This document shows, piece after piece, positions 13,301 to 25,300 of a stretch of DNA of 64,000 bases. Source of the DNA: Nemertoderma westbladi (taxonomy: Eukaryota; Animalia; Xenacoelomorpha); the NCBI GenBank assembly GCA_032718475.1, contig JAUCBJ010007040.1, positions 61,638 to 125,637 of the forward strand. The letters run 5' to 3'. The position numbers and the translations under genes are program-made. Within the stretch, counting starts at the first letter, position 1, and each line of letters begins with the position of its first letter. The notes under the pieces were generated by a model, which saw only the letters and a program-made list of their open reading frames with translations, was not told where the DNA came from and did not search any database.

Positions 13301-16300
13301 TGGCAGAGCACGGGAATAACGTTGTACTTTCCTATGAGTGACTGTAAAAGGCCTATATATGATAGCCCACTCCAAAGTGAATAAATCTTCTACCGCCCTG
13401 GTAGCTCAGTGGTCTTAGGACACACACTCGGCTGATGATAACCGGAAGTTTGAAACCTAGGTACCGAGTTCGAGCCCCAATAGGGGCGGTTGATATTTTT
13501 CACTATGGAGAGCATTATCATAATGTACTATAACATTTATTTAATTCGCCGTCACCCTCCCCACAACAATTCATTTATAATTAATTCACACGCATGGCCG
13601 GCATACGGGGTTACAGTGGTTTCTACAACACTGTATAATAGTTATTCTTTGAGGCATGGTTGCCATTTCTGGCAGAGCACGGGAATAACGTTGTACTTTC
13701 CTATGAGTGACTGTAAAAGGCCTATATATGATAGCCCACTCCAAAGTGAATAAATCTTCTACCGCCCTGGTAGCTCAGTGGTCTTAGGACACACACTCGG
13801 CTGATGATAACCGGAAGTTTGAAACCTAGGTACCGAGTTCGAGCCCCAATAGGGGCGGTTGATATTTTTCACTATGGAGAGCATTATCATAATGTACTAT
13901 AACATTTATTTAATTCGCCGTCACCCTCCCCACAACAATTCATTTATAATTAATTCACACGCATGGCCGGCATACGGGGTTACAGTGGTTTCTACAACAC
14001 TGTATAATAGTTATTCTTTGAGGCATGGTTGCCATTTCTGGCAGAGCACGGGAATAACGTTGTACTTTCCTATGAGTGACTGTAAAAGGCCTATATATGA
14101 TAGCCCACTCCAAAGTGAATAAATCTTCTACCGCCCTGGTAGCTCAGTGGTCTTAGGACACACACTCGGCTGATGATAACCGGAAGTTTGAAACCTAGGT
14201 ACCGAGTTCGAGCCCCAATAGGGGCGGTTGATATTTTTCACTATGGAGAGCATTATCATAATGTACTATAACATTTATTTAATTCGCCGTCACCCTCCCC
14301 ACAACAATTCATTTATAATTAATTCACACGCATGGCCGGCATACGGGGTTACAGTGGTTTCTACAACACTGTATAATAGTTATTCTTTGAGGCATGGTTG
14401 CCATTTCTGGCAGAGCACGGGAATAACGTTGTACTTTCCTATGAGTGACTGTAAAAGGCCTATATATGATAGCCCACTCCAAAGTGAATAAATCTTCTAC
14501 CGCCCTGGTAGCTCAGTGGTCTTAGGACACACACTCGGCTGATGATAACCGGAAGTTTGAAACCTAGGTACCGAGTTCGAGCCCCAATAGGGGCGGTTGA
14601 TATTTTTCACTATGGAGAGCATTATCATAATGTACTATAACATTTATTTAATTCGCCGTCACCCTCCCCACAACAATTCATTTATAATTAATTCACACGC
14701 ATGGCCGGCATACGGGGTTACAGTGGTTTCTACAACACTGTATAATAGTTATTCTTTGAGGCATGGTTGCCATTTCTGGCAGAGCACGGGAATAACGTTG
14801 TACTTTCCTATGAGTGACTGTAAAAGGCCTATATATGATAGCCCACTCCAAAGTGAATAAATCTTCTACCGCCCTGGTAGCTCAGTGGTCTTAGGACACA
14901 CACTCGGCTGATGATAACCGGAAGTTTGAAACCTAGGTACCGAGTTCGAGCCCCAATAGGGGCGGTTGATATTTTTCACTATGGAGAGCATTATCATAAT
15001 GTACTATAACATTTATTTAATTCGCCGTCACCCTCCCCACAACAATTCATTTATAATTAATTCACACGCATGGCCGGCATACGGGGTTACAGTGGTTTCT
15101 ACAACACTGTATAATAGTTATTCTTTGAGGCATGGTTGCCATTTCTGGCAGAGCACGGGAATAACGTTGTACTTTCCTATGAGTGACTGTAAAAGGCCTA
15201 TATATGATAGCCCACTCCAAAGTGAATAAATCTTCTACCGCCCTGGTAGCTCAGTGGTCTTAGGACACACACTCGGCTGATGATAACCGGAAGTTTGAAA
15301 CCTAGGTACCGAGTTCGAGCCCCAATAGGGGCGGTTGATATTTTTCACTATGGAGAGCATTATCATAATGTACTATAACATTTATTTAATTCGCCGTCAC
15401 CCTCCCCACAACAATTCATTTATAATTAATTCACACGCATGGCCGGCATACGGGGTTACAGTGGTTTCTACAACACTGTATAATAGTTATTCTTTGAGGC
15501 ATGGTTGCCATTTCTGGCAGAGCACGGGAATAACGTTGTACTTTCCTATGAGTGACTGTAAAAGGCCTATATATGATAGCCCACTCCAAAGTGAATAAAT
15601 CTTCTACCGCCCTGGTAGCTCAGTGGTCTTAGGACACACACTCGGCTGATGATAACCGGAAGTTTGAAACCTAGGTACCGAGTTCGAGCCCCAATAGGGG
15701 CGGTTGATATTTTTCACTATGGAGAGCATTATCATAATGTACTATAACATTTATTTAATTCGCCGTCACCCTCCCCACAACAATTCATTTATAATTAATT
15801 CACACGCATGGCCGGCATACGGGGTTACAGTGGTTTCTACAACACTGTATAATAGTTATTCTTTGAGGCATGGTTGCCATTTCTGGCAGAGCACGGGAAT
15901 AACGTTGTACTTTCCTATGAGTGACTGTAAAAGGCCTATATATGATAGCCCACTCCAAAGTGAATAAATCTTCTACCGCCCTGGTAGCTCAGTGGTCTTA
16001 GGACACACACTCGGCTGATGATAACCGGAAGTTTGAAACCTAGGTACCGAGTTCGAGCCCCAATAGGGGCGGTTGATATTTTTCACTATGGAGAGCATTA
16101 TCATAATGTACTATAACATTTATTTAATTCGCCGTCACCCTCCCCACAACAATTCATTTATAATTAATTCACACGCATGGCCGGCATACGGGGTTACAGT
16201 GGTTTCTACAACACTGTATAATAGTTATTCTTTGAGGCATGGTTGCCATTTCTGGCAGAGCACGGGAATAACGTTGTACTTTCCTATGAGTGACTGTAAA

Positions 16301-19300
16301 AGGCCTATATATGATAGCCCACTCCAAAGTGAATAAATCTTCTACCGCCCTGGTAGCTCAGTGGTCTTAGGACACACACTCGGCTGATGATAACCGGAAG
16401 TTTGAAACCTAGGTACCGAGTTCGAGCCCCAATAGGGGCGGTTGATATTTTTCACTATGGAGAGCATTATCATAATGTACTATAACATTTATTTAATTCG
16501 CCGTCACCCTCCCCACAACAATTCATTTATAATTAATTCACACGCATGGCCGGCATACGGGGTTACAGTGGTTTCTACAACACTGTATAATAGTTATTCT
16601 TTGAGGCATGGTTGCCATTTCTGGCAGAGCACGGGAATAACGTTGTACTTTCCTATGAGTGACTGTAAAAGGCCTATATATGATAGCCCACTCCAAAGTG
16701 AATAAATCTTCTACCGCCCTGGTAGCTCAGTGGTCTTAGGACACACACTCGGCTGATGATAACCGGAAGTTTGAAACCTAGGTACCGAGTTCGAGCCCCA
16801 ATAGGGGCGGTTGATATTTTTCACTATGGAGAGCATTATCATAATGTACTATAACATTTATTTAATTCGCCGTCACCCTCCCCACAACAATTCATTTATA
16901 ATTAATTCACACGCATGGCCGGCATACGGGGTTACAGTGGTTTCTACAACACTGTATAATAGTTATTCTTTGAGGCATGGTTGCCATTTCTGGCAGAGCA
17001 CGGGAATAACGTTGTACTTTCCTATGAGTGACTGTAAAAGGCCTATATATGATAGCCCACTCCAAAGTGAATAAATCTTCTACCGCCCTGGTAGCTCAGT
17101 GGTCTTAGGACACACACTCGGCTGATGATAACCGGAAGTTTGAAACCTAGGTACCGAGTTCGAGCCCCAATAGGGGCGGTTGATATTTTTCACTATGGAG
17201 AGCATTATCATAATGTACTATAACATTTATTTAATTCGCCGTCACCCTCCCCACAACAATTCATTTATAATTAATTCACACGCATGGCCGGCATACGGGG
17301 TTACAGTGGTTTCTACAACACTGTATAATAGTTATTCTTTGAGGCATGGTTGCCATTTCTGGCAGAGCACGGGAATAACGTTGTACTTTCCTATGAGTGA
17401 CTGTAAAAGGCCTATATATGATAGCCCACTCCAAAGTGAATAAATCTTCTACCGCCCTGGTAGCTCAGTGGTCTTAGGACACACACTCGGCTGATGATAA
17501 CCGGAAGTTTGAAACCTAGGTACCGAGTTCGAGCCCCAATAGGGGCGGTTGATATTTTTCACTATGGAGAGCATTATCATAATGTACTATAACATTTATT
17601 TAATTCTGATAATTGCCACATTAATGCAAGCTGCATGAACAGTGATGGTAGTTTCTCCTGTGCATGTAATTTGGGCTACACTGGCAATGGTGTTTCCTGC
17701 AGTGGTAAGCACATATCATCTTATATTAGCAATACAATATAAAGTTGACATTATCTTGTTAACTTAAGACTATTTATTATCCATGGCATATGACTTTGAT
17801 GTTTCTGCAATTAGGATTTGTGAATTTAGAATTTAATAAATTCCCATTTTTTTTGATCTTCAGATATTGATGAATGTTCTACCAATACTGATAATTGCCA
17901 CATTCATGCAAGCTGCTCGAACAATGATGGTAGTTTTACATGTGTATGTAATTCAGGCTATTCTGGGACTGGTGTTTCCTGCAATGGTAAGCAAATACCA
18001 GATAATATTACCAATACAAACAATACAAAACAAACTTCGACACCATCACCTTAAAATCCTATTATCCTGTCATATTGCTTTTAATTTAATTTTTTTGGAG
18101 TATTAATTTGCAAATTCATAATTTAGTAAATTACTAATTTTTGTACTTCAGACATTGATGAATGTTCTACCAATAGCGATAATTGCCATATTGATGCTAG
18201 CTGCACAAACAATGATGGTAATTTTACATGTGCATGCAATTCAGGCTATTCTGGAACTGGTGTTTCCTGCAATGGTAAGGAAATAACATAGATACTGTAC
18301 ATTGTTGGTAGGACCTAACATTTCCTTGACCTCTATATTTTACTGTTTACCTACCGGTACCGTGTTACTGTACCCATTTTCCTTATGCTCTATTTGATAT
18401 TATTATGGTAGGTGCTTAAATGCACAACGAGCAACAATGACCAACAACGAGCAACAATGACCAACAACGAGCAACAATGAGCAACAATGAGCAACAACAA
18501 GCAACAACGAGCACCAATGAGCAACAACGAGCAACAATGAGCAACAACTAGCACCAATGAGCGACAACGAGCAACAACGAGCACCAATGAGCAACAACGA
18601 GCACCAATGAGCGACAACGAGCACCAATGAGCGACAACGAGCAACAACGATCACCAATGAACAACAATGAGCAACAATGAGCAACAACGAGCAACAGTGA
18701 GCAACAACGAGCAACAACGAGCACCAATGAGCAATAAACGAGCAACAATAGGCAAAAATAATAAACTCGTTGTTGCTCATTGTCGCTCAATGTTGCTCGT
18801 TGTTGCTCATTGGTGCTCGTTTTTGCTCGCTGTTGCTCGTTGTTGCTCATTGTTGCTCGTTGTTGTACTTTATTATAGCTCGTTGTTGCTCGTTGTTGCT
18901 CATTGGTGCTCGTTTTTACACATTGTTGCTCGTTGTTGTACATTATTATAACTCGTTGTTGCTCGTTGTTGCTCATTGTTGCTCGTTGTTGCTCATTGGT
19001 GCTCGTTGTTGCGCGTTGTTGCTCATTGTTGCTTGTTGTTGCTCGTTGTTGCTCGTTGTTGCTCATTGTTGCTCGTTGTTACTCATTGTTGCTCATTGTT
19101 GCTCGTTGTTGCTCATTATTGCTCGTTGTTGCTCATTGTTGCTCGTTGTTATTCGTTGTTGTTCATTGTTGTTCGTTGTTGCTCATTGTTGTTCGTTGTT
19201 GTACTTTATTATTGCTCAATGTTACTCATTGTTGCTCGTTGTTACTCATTGTTGCTCGTTGTTGGTCATTGTTGCTCGTTGTGCATTTTAGCACCTACTA

Positions 19301-22300
19301 TTTACCTTGTCAGCTTGTTACATTGTCAAATTTAAAGGATTGGCCATAGGCCTACCTATTCCCTATCACATGCTTATCCCCTTTATCTGGTGTGGTGGCA
19401 ACGTTGTGGATACGACCTCACAAAAGATTTCAACTGAAATTCACTAGAACCCCAACCCTACAAGCCTATACCAGTATATACTTACGGGGTCGGCAGTATT
19501 TACTAACCATCATTATTTAGGTATGCCAGGGAGTTAACGAAACTGCCTCGGATAAACCTTGTTAAGAACTGCCATAAAATAAATATATTGAAATTGTCTG
19601 GGTCTATTAACATTCCTGCAGATATCGCAAGTCCAAAATGCCCTTGAGTGTCTTACTCCAACCTGCCAAATTTAAAAATTTCGCACCAAAAATTGGAGTC
19701 ATGTCAAACAACCTCTCAATGATCTGTCATCCAACTATCGCCACACAAGAAGATGACCAAAGTGATGGTATTATCACTTATACAGGGTCAGTTGTGATGA
19801 TAAAGCTTTGTTCAGTACTTTTCCTACAGGTAGTATTCAGCATGAGCATAGTGATGACATACAAGATGAAGATGATACCCCAATCTTCATCACTCTCTCT
19901 ACTTGGCTACCCCTAAAAGGCGAGTGTGCATATCTTTGCCTTATCAAACCCACATAATACAGGGCACTCAACCTCCAGATGTGAGACAGGAATCCGAGAC
20001 ATGAAATTATATATTGTGTTGGCTACTTTATCACATGATGGACTTGTACAGGTTCGCCATTCCTAACCCCTTACTGCAACAAAGGAGCTCATTGTTGTCC
20101 CACATTCTGTTATAGGTGGACTTCTCAATGCTTATACACTTTAGGTTAAATCACCCTTCCACCTCCCAGCTTCGACATTATCACATACTATTTTTCAGCA
20201 CTGGACTTAGAACAGTCACTTGTTCAAATAGCACCTCATTGTCACCATTGTAATTCCTTAAATAAAGTGCCATGTTTTGCTGTTGACCAAACTACTGCCA
20301 TTATAGTAATTATTACTGCCAGTAGTAGGAACCTCGTTTGCAGCTGATATTCTTTGACAATCAAACAGTATATTTTAGTAGTATGAAAAGGATTTACTGC
20401 TTATACTACTACATGTATCATACCTGATGAGAAAGGGGCGACATTACGTTATCGACAATAAGATTATGTTCAGGTTTAACACCACTTCAAGGCTCACACT
20501 GCAACGTACGAGTTGACCCTGGTACTGGATTCAACTCACTGAAAGATGATCATGGTCTCTGTTATCATATTCAATTCAATTCAATTCAATATATATTTTC
20601 CAAATGCTTAACAAATGATACAATAAATTGCACAATAATTACTGTACAATATATATTGTAAATACGTAATTATAAAGTAAATTATAAAGTAAATGGGGGA
20701 TTTAGCACAGGACAGGACACCAGCGAATAGCTGTAATAGCTAGTAGCGTGCTGGTGCCCTGGGGGGGGGGGGGGGGGGGGGGGGTACGTTACGTTTGCTA
20801 CTAGTGTTACATGATATAATTTTAATATACATAGATATGAGTATTGAAATTTATATTTATTACTTCGTGCAGCACCAATCGTAATACGTGGACGGACGCT
20901 ACACTGCCGCCAAGGAAAAACAAGATTTGTATAATAAAACTAAATTTAAATTTAAATACTGGATGATTTAATTTTTCGTAGTTGATAATAATGGAGGAGA
21001 ATATTGCAAGGTAATTCCAAATATCTATATAGTTTCAAGTAGATATCTCTTAAGATTTTTAGCAAATGTTGATTTGGTTTTCTTTTGTTTAATTATACGT
21101 GGGATAGAATTCCACACGGACGGGCCCCGAAAACTGATGGTTTGCTGACTAGATACTAAACGAACTAAAGGGATCTGATAATTATCAGCAGCTACTGACC
21201 GGGTGTTATATTGGTGAACAGAAGAAGTTAAAGTAAAAAGATTTGATATTAAGGGTGGAACATCTATTAGTTTATTGTGCAATTCGTACATGAATATACC
21301 TACCTGTTGTTTATAGAGTTGATCTAATGGGAGTATGCCTAACTGTTTATAAATAGGTAAAGAAGATGACCGGTAGTGACTACGTGTAATACAGCGAAGG
21401 ATCTTGTTTACTTTAATTCTGATCGGTTTTAGAACAGAAGAGAATGTACCGCCCCAAACTATAATGCCGTAAAGTAGATAAGGATGCACAAGTGAATAGT
21501 AAAGCTGGCGTAAAATATTAAGAGGAAAAATATACCGAAGTTTATAAAATATCCCAGCCGTTTTGGAAATTTTTTGAATTATGTGCTGAATATGAGTTTT
21601 AAAATTTAACTGTTTATCAACCCAGATGCCCAAGATTTTGCTGGATTGTGTATACTTAATTTTAATATTATTAATTTCAACTCTAGATAGATTATAGGTA
21701 CTGTGAATATTTGAAAAAAATGTTGCTTCAGTTTTAGTCAAATTAAGTGACAAAGCGTTATCCATCAGCCAATCTGAAATTTTAGTTAGTTCAGAGTTTA
21801 GTTCTGATATTAAAATATTGGGATTTTTATGTGAATAGAGTAAGGTTGTATCGTCAGCAAAAAGTGCAGGAAAAAGTTTGGAAGCCCGGGGGAGATCATT
21901 TATATATAATAAAAATAAAGTGGGAGATAGGACGCCCCCTTGCGGAACACCACAAAGAAGTGGCTCTAGAGAAGACAAAAAATTACCTAGCTTTACGAAT
22001 TGCTGCCTGGATGCAAGAAAATTTTCGAATAATTGGAGCGGTACACCTCTGACTCCGTATCTTTCGAGCTTATTTAATAGAATTTTATAATTTAAGGTAT
22101 CAAAAGCTTTTGATAGATCAATGTAAACAGCGCACGATGCGTCCTTTTCTTCGAGGGCCGTGTGAATCTGTTCTAAAACCGATAGAATTGCATGTGAGGT
22201 TGTTCTTTTAGGCCTAAAACCGAACTGAGATTGAGAGATAATTTTAAATTTTGATAAATAAGAAATAAGTTGTGTATTGATAATAGTTTCGAAAATTTTA

Positions 22301-25300
22301 GTTAATACCGGTAGTAGGGAAATAGGTCTAAAGTTCGTAGGATTACTCGCGTTACCACCCTTATGTAATGGAATAACTTTAGCAATCTTTAGCGAATCAG
22401 GATAAAAACCAGAAGAAAAAGATAAGTTGATTAGACTACTTAAGTGTATTGATAGCGGTTTAGCTGCGAGGATTAGGAGCTTAGTAGGAAAAGGATCATT
22501 AGAGGCGGATTTAGGATCTAGGTGTAATAGGCGGTATTCTACTTCAACTGGAGTGGTTTCGGTAAGACCAAAACTATTGTTATTAGAATGTGAAATATGA
22601 CGTAGATAAGAACGGTTAGATTTAGGTATTTTATCTGCTAATTTCGGTCCTATTGTAGAGAAGTGATTATTTAAGGTATTAGCGATTTCGGATGGATCAG
22701 TAATTGTCCTAATAGAATCGCCTGAGCCGGTAATTAATTTTTTTGGGATCAAGGAATTTTTAGATCTATTAAGTGCACTGTTAATTATTATCCAAGTTTT
22801 TTTAATGTTTCCAGAATTTTTTTCAAATTGTGCCGAATAGTATTCCTTTTCAGCCTTACGCAATAAATTAAGTAGTTTATTTCTAAAACGTTTAAAAGAT
22901 TCAAGATTTATGTCATTTGGATGTTTAATATATGTACGATATAAATTATTTTTAATTATAGTCAATTTAATTAATTTGGGAGTAAGCCACGGTTTTCTTG
23001 GAAGTTCGCGAGATGGGATTGTTTTTTTAGGAACATGCGAGTTTGTGATTTTCGAAAAATCAATCTTATACTCGATGTTGGGTGTAAGAAGAACACAAAC
23101 AAGAAGACCATGCACTGCTAAGAGAGCAGTGCAGGAACTATGTTATGAGATTTTCAAGGAAGATCCCTGTGGAAATATAATCTCACCAACAATGTTGATG
23201 TTGGTTAGGCCTACCTCTCGTCTCAATTCCAAACTGATATCCTCTGTCCTTTCTGCATGTGAGATGCTTTACCAACATGATCAGTAATCAATGTTCGTAA
23301 CCCTATCCTTTCGGCCACCCAACTCTCCGTTAGCATGAATGCTGCTCCACTATCGACCAACATCAGTGTCGTGACCGATAGCCCGTCCTCTCCTATTATT
23401 CTCACTGGTACTACAGCGAGTAGTACTGTCCTCTTCCTCCTTGCTCCCATCGTGCTCGTTGCCATGGTTTGGCCTCCAGTCTCATTTGTCTCGTCGTGTT
23501 TCATCGGTGGTTTCTGGCATTCATCCAGTGTCCTCCTACCGCGCATCGGTGACATAGTCCATTCTTATCAGCATAGGCTATCCGATCTTGTTTGAGTAAC
23601 GCCTGCCAATGCTTACAGTCCATGGTCTTATGGGTTCCATCAATATGCAATTGACATTTGTATCCTGGATTGTAGCGTTCCTTGTATAGCCCTTCACATA
23701 TCACGCGTAGATTCATATCTAGCAGTTTAGTGTTGCATTCTGTGCTCAAAAAACACTGAACAACGAAATGTAAGCCGACTACTGATTCGAAATGACTCAG
23801 ATAGATTGCTTACTAATATCCTACAGCGTTTGAATAAACCACCCGTTCCAAGGCAAAACTAATATTTCTGAAATGTTCTAAATGTTGCTGCTAATTAAGG
23901 CAAAAAGGTGATACCCACATTTAAATATCACATGACTGAGTCAAGCTAAATTTGCTATATTGTAATCTAGATTTAGCGTAGTACTTTCAATATAATCTAG
24001 GACTAATTTTGTAATAAATATAAATTGAAATCTGACAGCCGAGTTCCGTTAATTATCGGCTATAAGCCGCTTTTACGCAGGTCCCATTTCCAAATAATAT
24101 CATTTTGGCTTCTCCAAAACTGTAATACTTCCAATGAACCAACCGAAAGGGAGAGTCTGTCTATTATGGATGATCAAATAGCTAACCAGCCCAGCGTGTG
24201 ATAGTGAATGATCCCCAAAATCGAAAGTCGGCCTAGTGATAGAAATATATATAATCAGAATTGTTAGTCCCCCAAATAATCCCAATGAAATGTAGAATCG
24301 AAGCACCTATTTTTACTGTCGATTCCCCTCCCAAAACTAGGAATGGTTGGAAATGGGCTGGGCTGTTCAATAATCTAATGCGGTAATACGACCTTTAATC
24401 CAAAATGTACTAATTAAATCAAAAAAATCCTAGGTGTTAGCGAATTCAATTCCGCTAACCACCCCATAAAGTTGGGAAAGCGGTGCCTTTAAGCAATATT
24501 GGGGAGTACGAGGTTGATTACCAACCAACCTCGTATCACCCCCAATGAACGGGGACGACAAACCCCAAAGGGCCGTACACAATGGGGGTCAGAGGTTACA
24601 CCTCCGGGAGAGGGAAAGTAACAGTAGCAAAGGGGGAAACACTCCCAGAGAGATGGGAGGCGAGAATTAGGTTACTAGCCAATGGGGGGCAAGCATCCGC
24701 TGAGTGATAGGGCCAATGTAGGGTGATTAGATATATATTACCGGTCGGTGCCCATAACATTCAGTAATTTGCTCAGTCACATTATTGTTTGCAGAACGGT
24801 GACACTTTAAGACCGTCACCGTCGTCACCAATACACATTATCATTAACGGTATACTGTGATGTCATTACTCTGTCTATCTTATATACATATATCTTATCA
24901 ATAATACTGGAAGAACGACAAACTCTTTTCTTTCATTCGCACGGCGTGGATGCGTATATAAACCAAACAGGTTGGGATCCTCTGATCCCGTCACAGTCTT
25001 AAAGTCTAAGAACTGCCAAATTGTGACTGCCAGCCACCAGAGAAGAACAGAGTAAAGATGAGTCAAGAGGGAAAAGGACACCGCCATGGACCCCGGATGA
25101 CAACCTAACGATCCGCGCGGCCGCGGCGAGACGGTATCGACCCACAAGGCCGGATTCGTCGACTACAGACGATCCGGCAATCCAAGCGGAGGGGGGCTGT
25201 CTACAACGAGGACGAGAGGACGAGTCGACACGCGGCGGCGGTCGAGTTACCGATGTCGCCGGCCAGCCACAGGCCGAGGGCGACAGACGGCCCACCGGAA

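Larger units (their letters stand above)
10771..17606 (+). repeat. Tandem array of 369-bp units, about 18.5 copies (non-LTR retrozyme-like)
   Basis: Exact 369-bp period (ORF track repeats at 10907+369n); the only difference I noticed is acactgG vs acactgT in the first unit. Confidence 0.97.
19300..23287 (+). pseudogene. Degenerate Gypsy-type pol/integrase relic, split by the LINE at 20570-23064; further copies at about 31607-32544, 45373-46890, 54928-56146
   Basis: Pieces translate as ELIVVPHSVIGGLLN...NHPSTSQLR...CHHCNSL, AADIL...YTTTCIIPDEKGATLR, RVDPGTGFNSL, AVQELCYEIFKEDP...RLNS...LSAREM, resembling HHCC and DDE integrase regions; many stops and frameshifts. Confidence 0.65.

Noticed and set aside
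10907-17443. Eighteen repeated 87-aa ORFs (MIFFTMESIII...)
   Set aside because: By-product of the 369-bp repeat; TTG start, no recognisable domain; the RNA motifs explain the unit better
10771-17606. CRISPR array, or functional tRNA / 5S / snoRNA gene cluster
   Set aside because: No variable spacers or cas genes and the context is eukaryotic; the T-stem and anticodon arm do not pair as a tRNA; CTGATGA is followed by GAAA and GUA in hammerhead geometry rather than by a terminal box D
9940-17606. Array period (369) equals three EGF exons (3 x 123)
   Set aside because: No sequence similarity between the unit and the exons; treated as coincidence
18390-19349. Leu/Val/Cys-rich and SNNEQQR-repeat ORFs (also near 30.5-31.6, 44.5-45.4 and 53.6-55 kb)
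   Set aside because: Translations of the 10-bp Foldback repeats, open in several frames on both strands
23740-24434. Conserved spacer with a 68-aa minus-strand ORF in each block
   Set aside because: Conservation is explained by block duplication; frameshifted in some copies; may be a decayed LINE end but I cannot support a call
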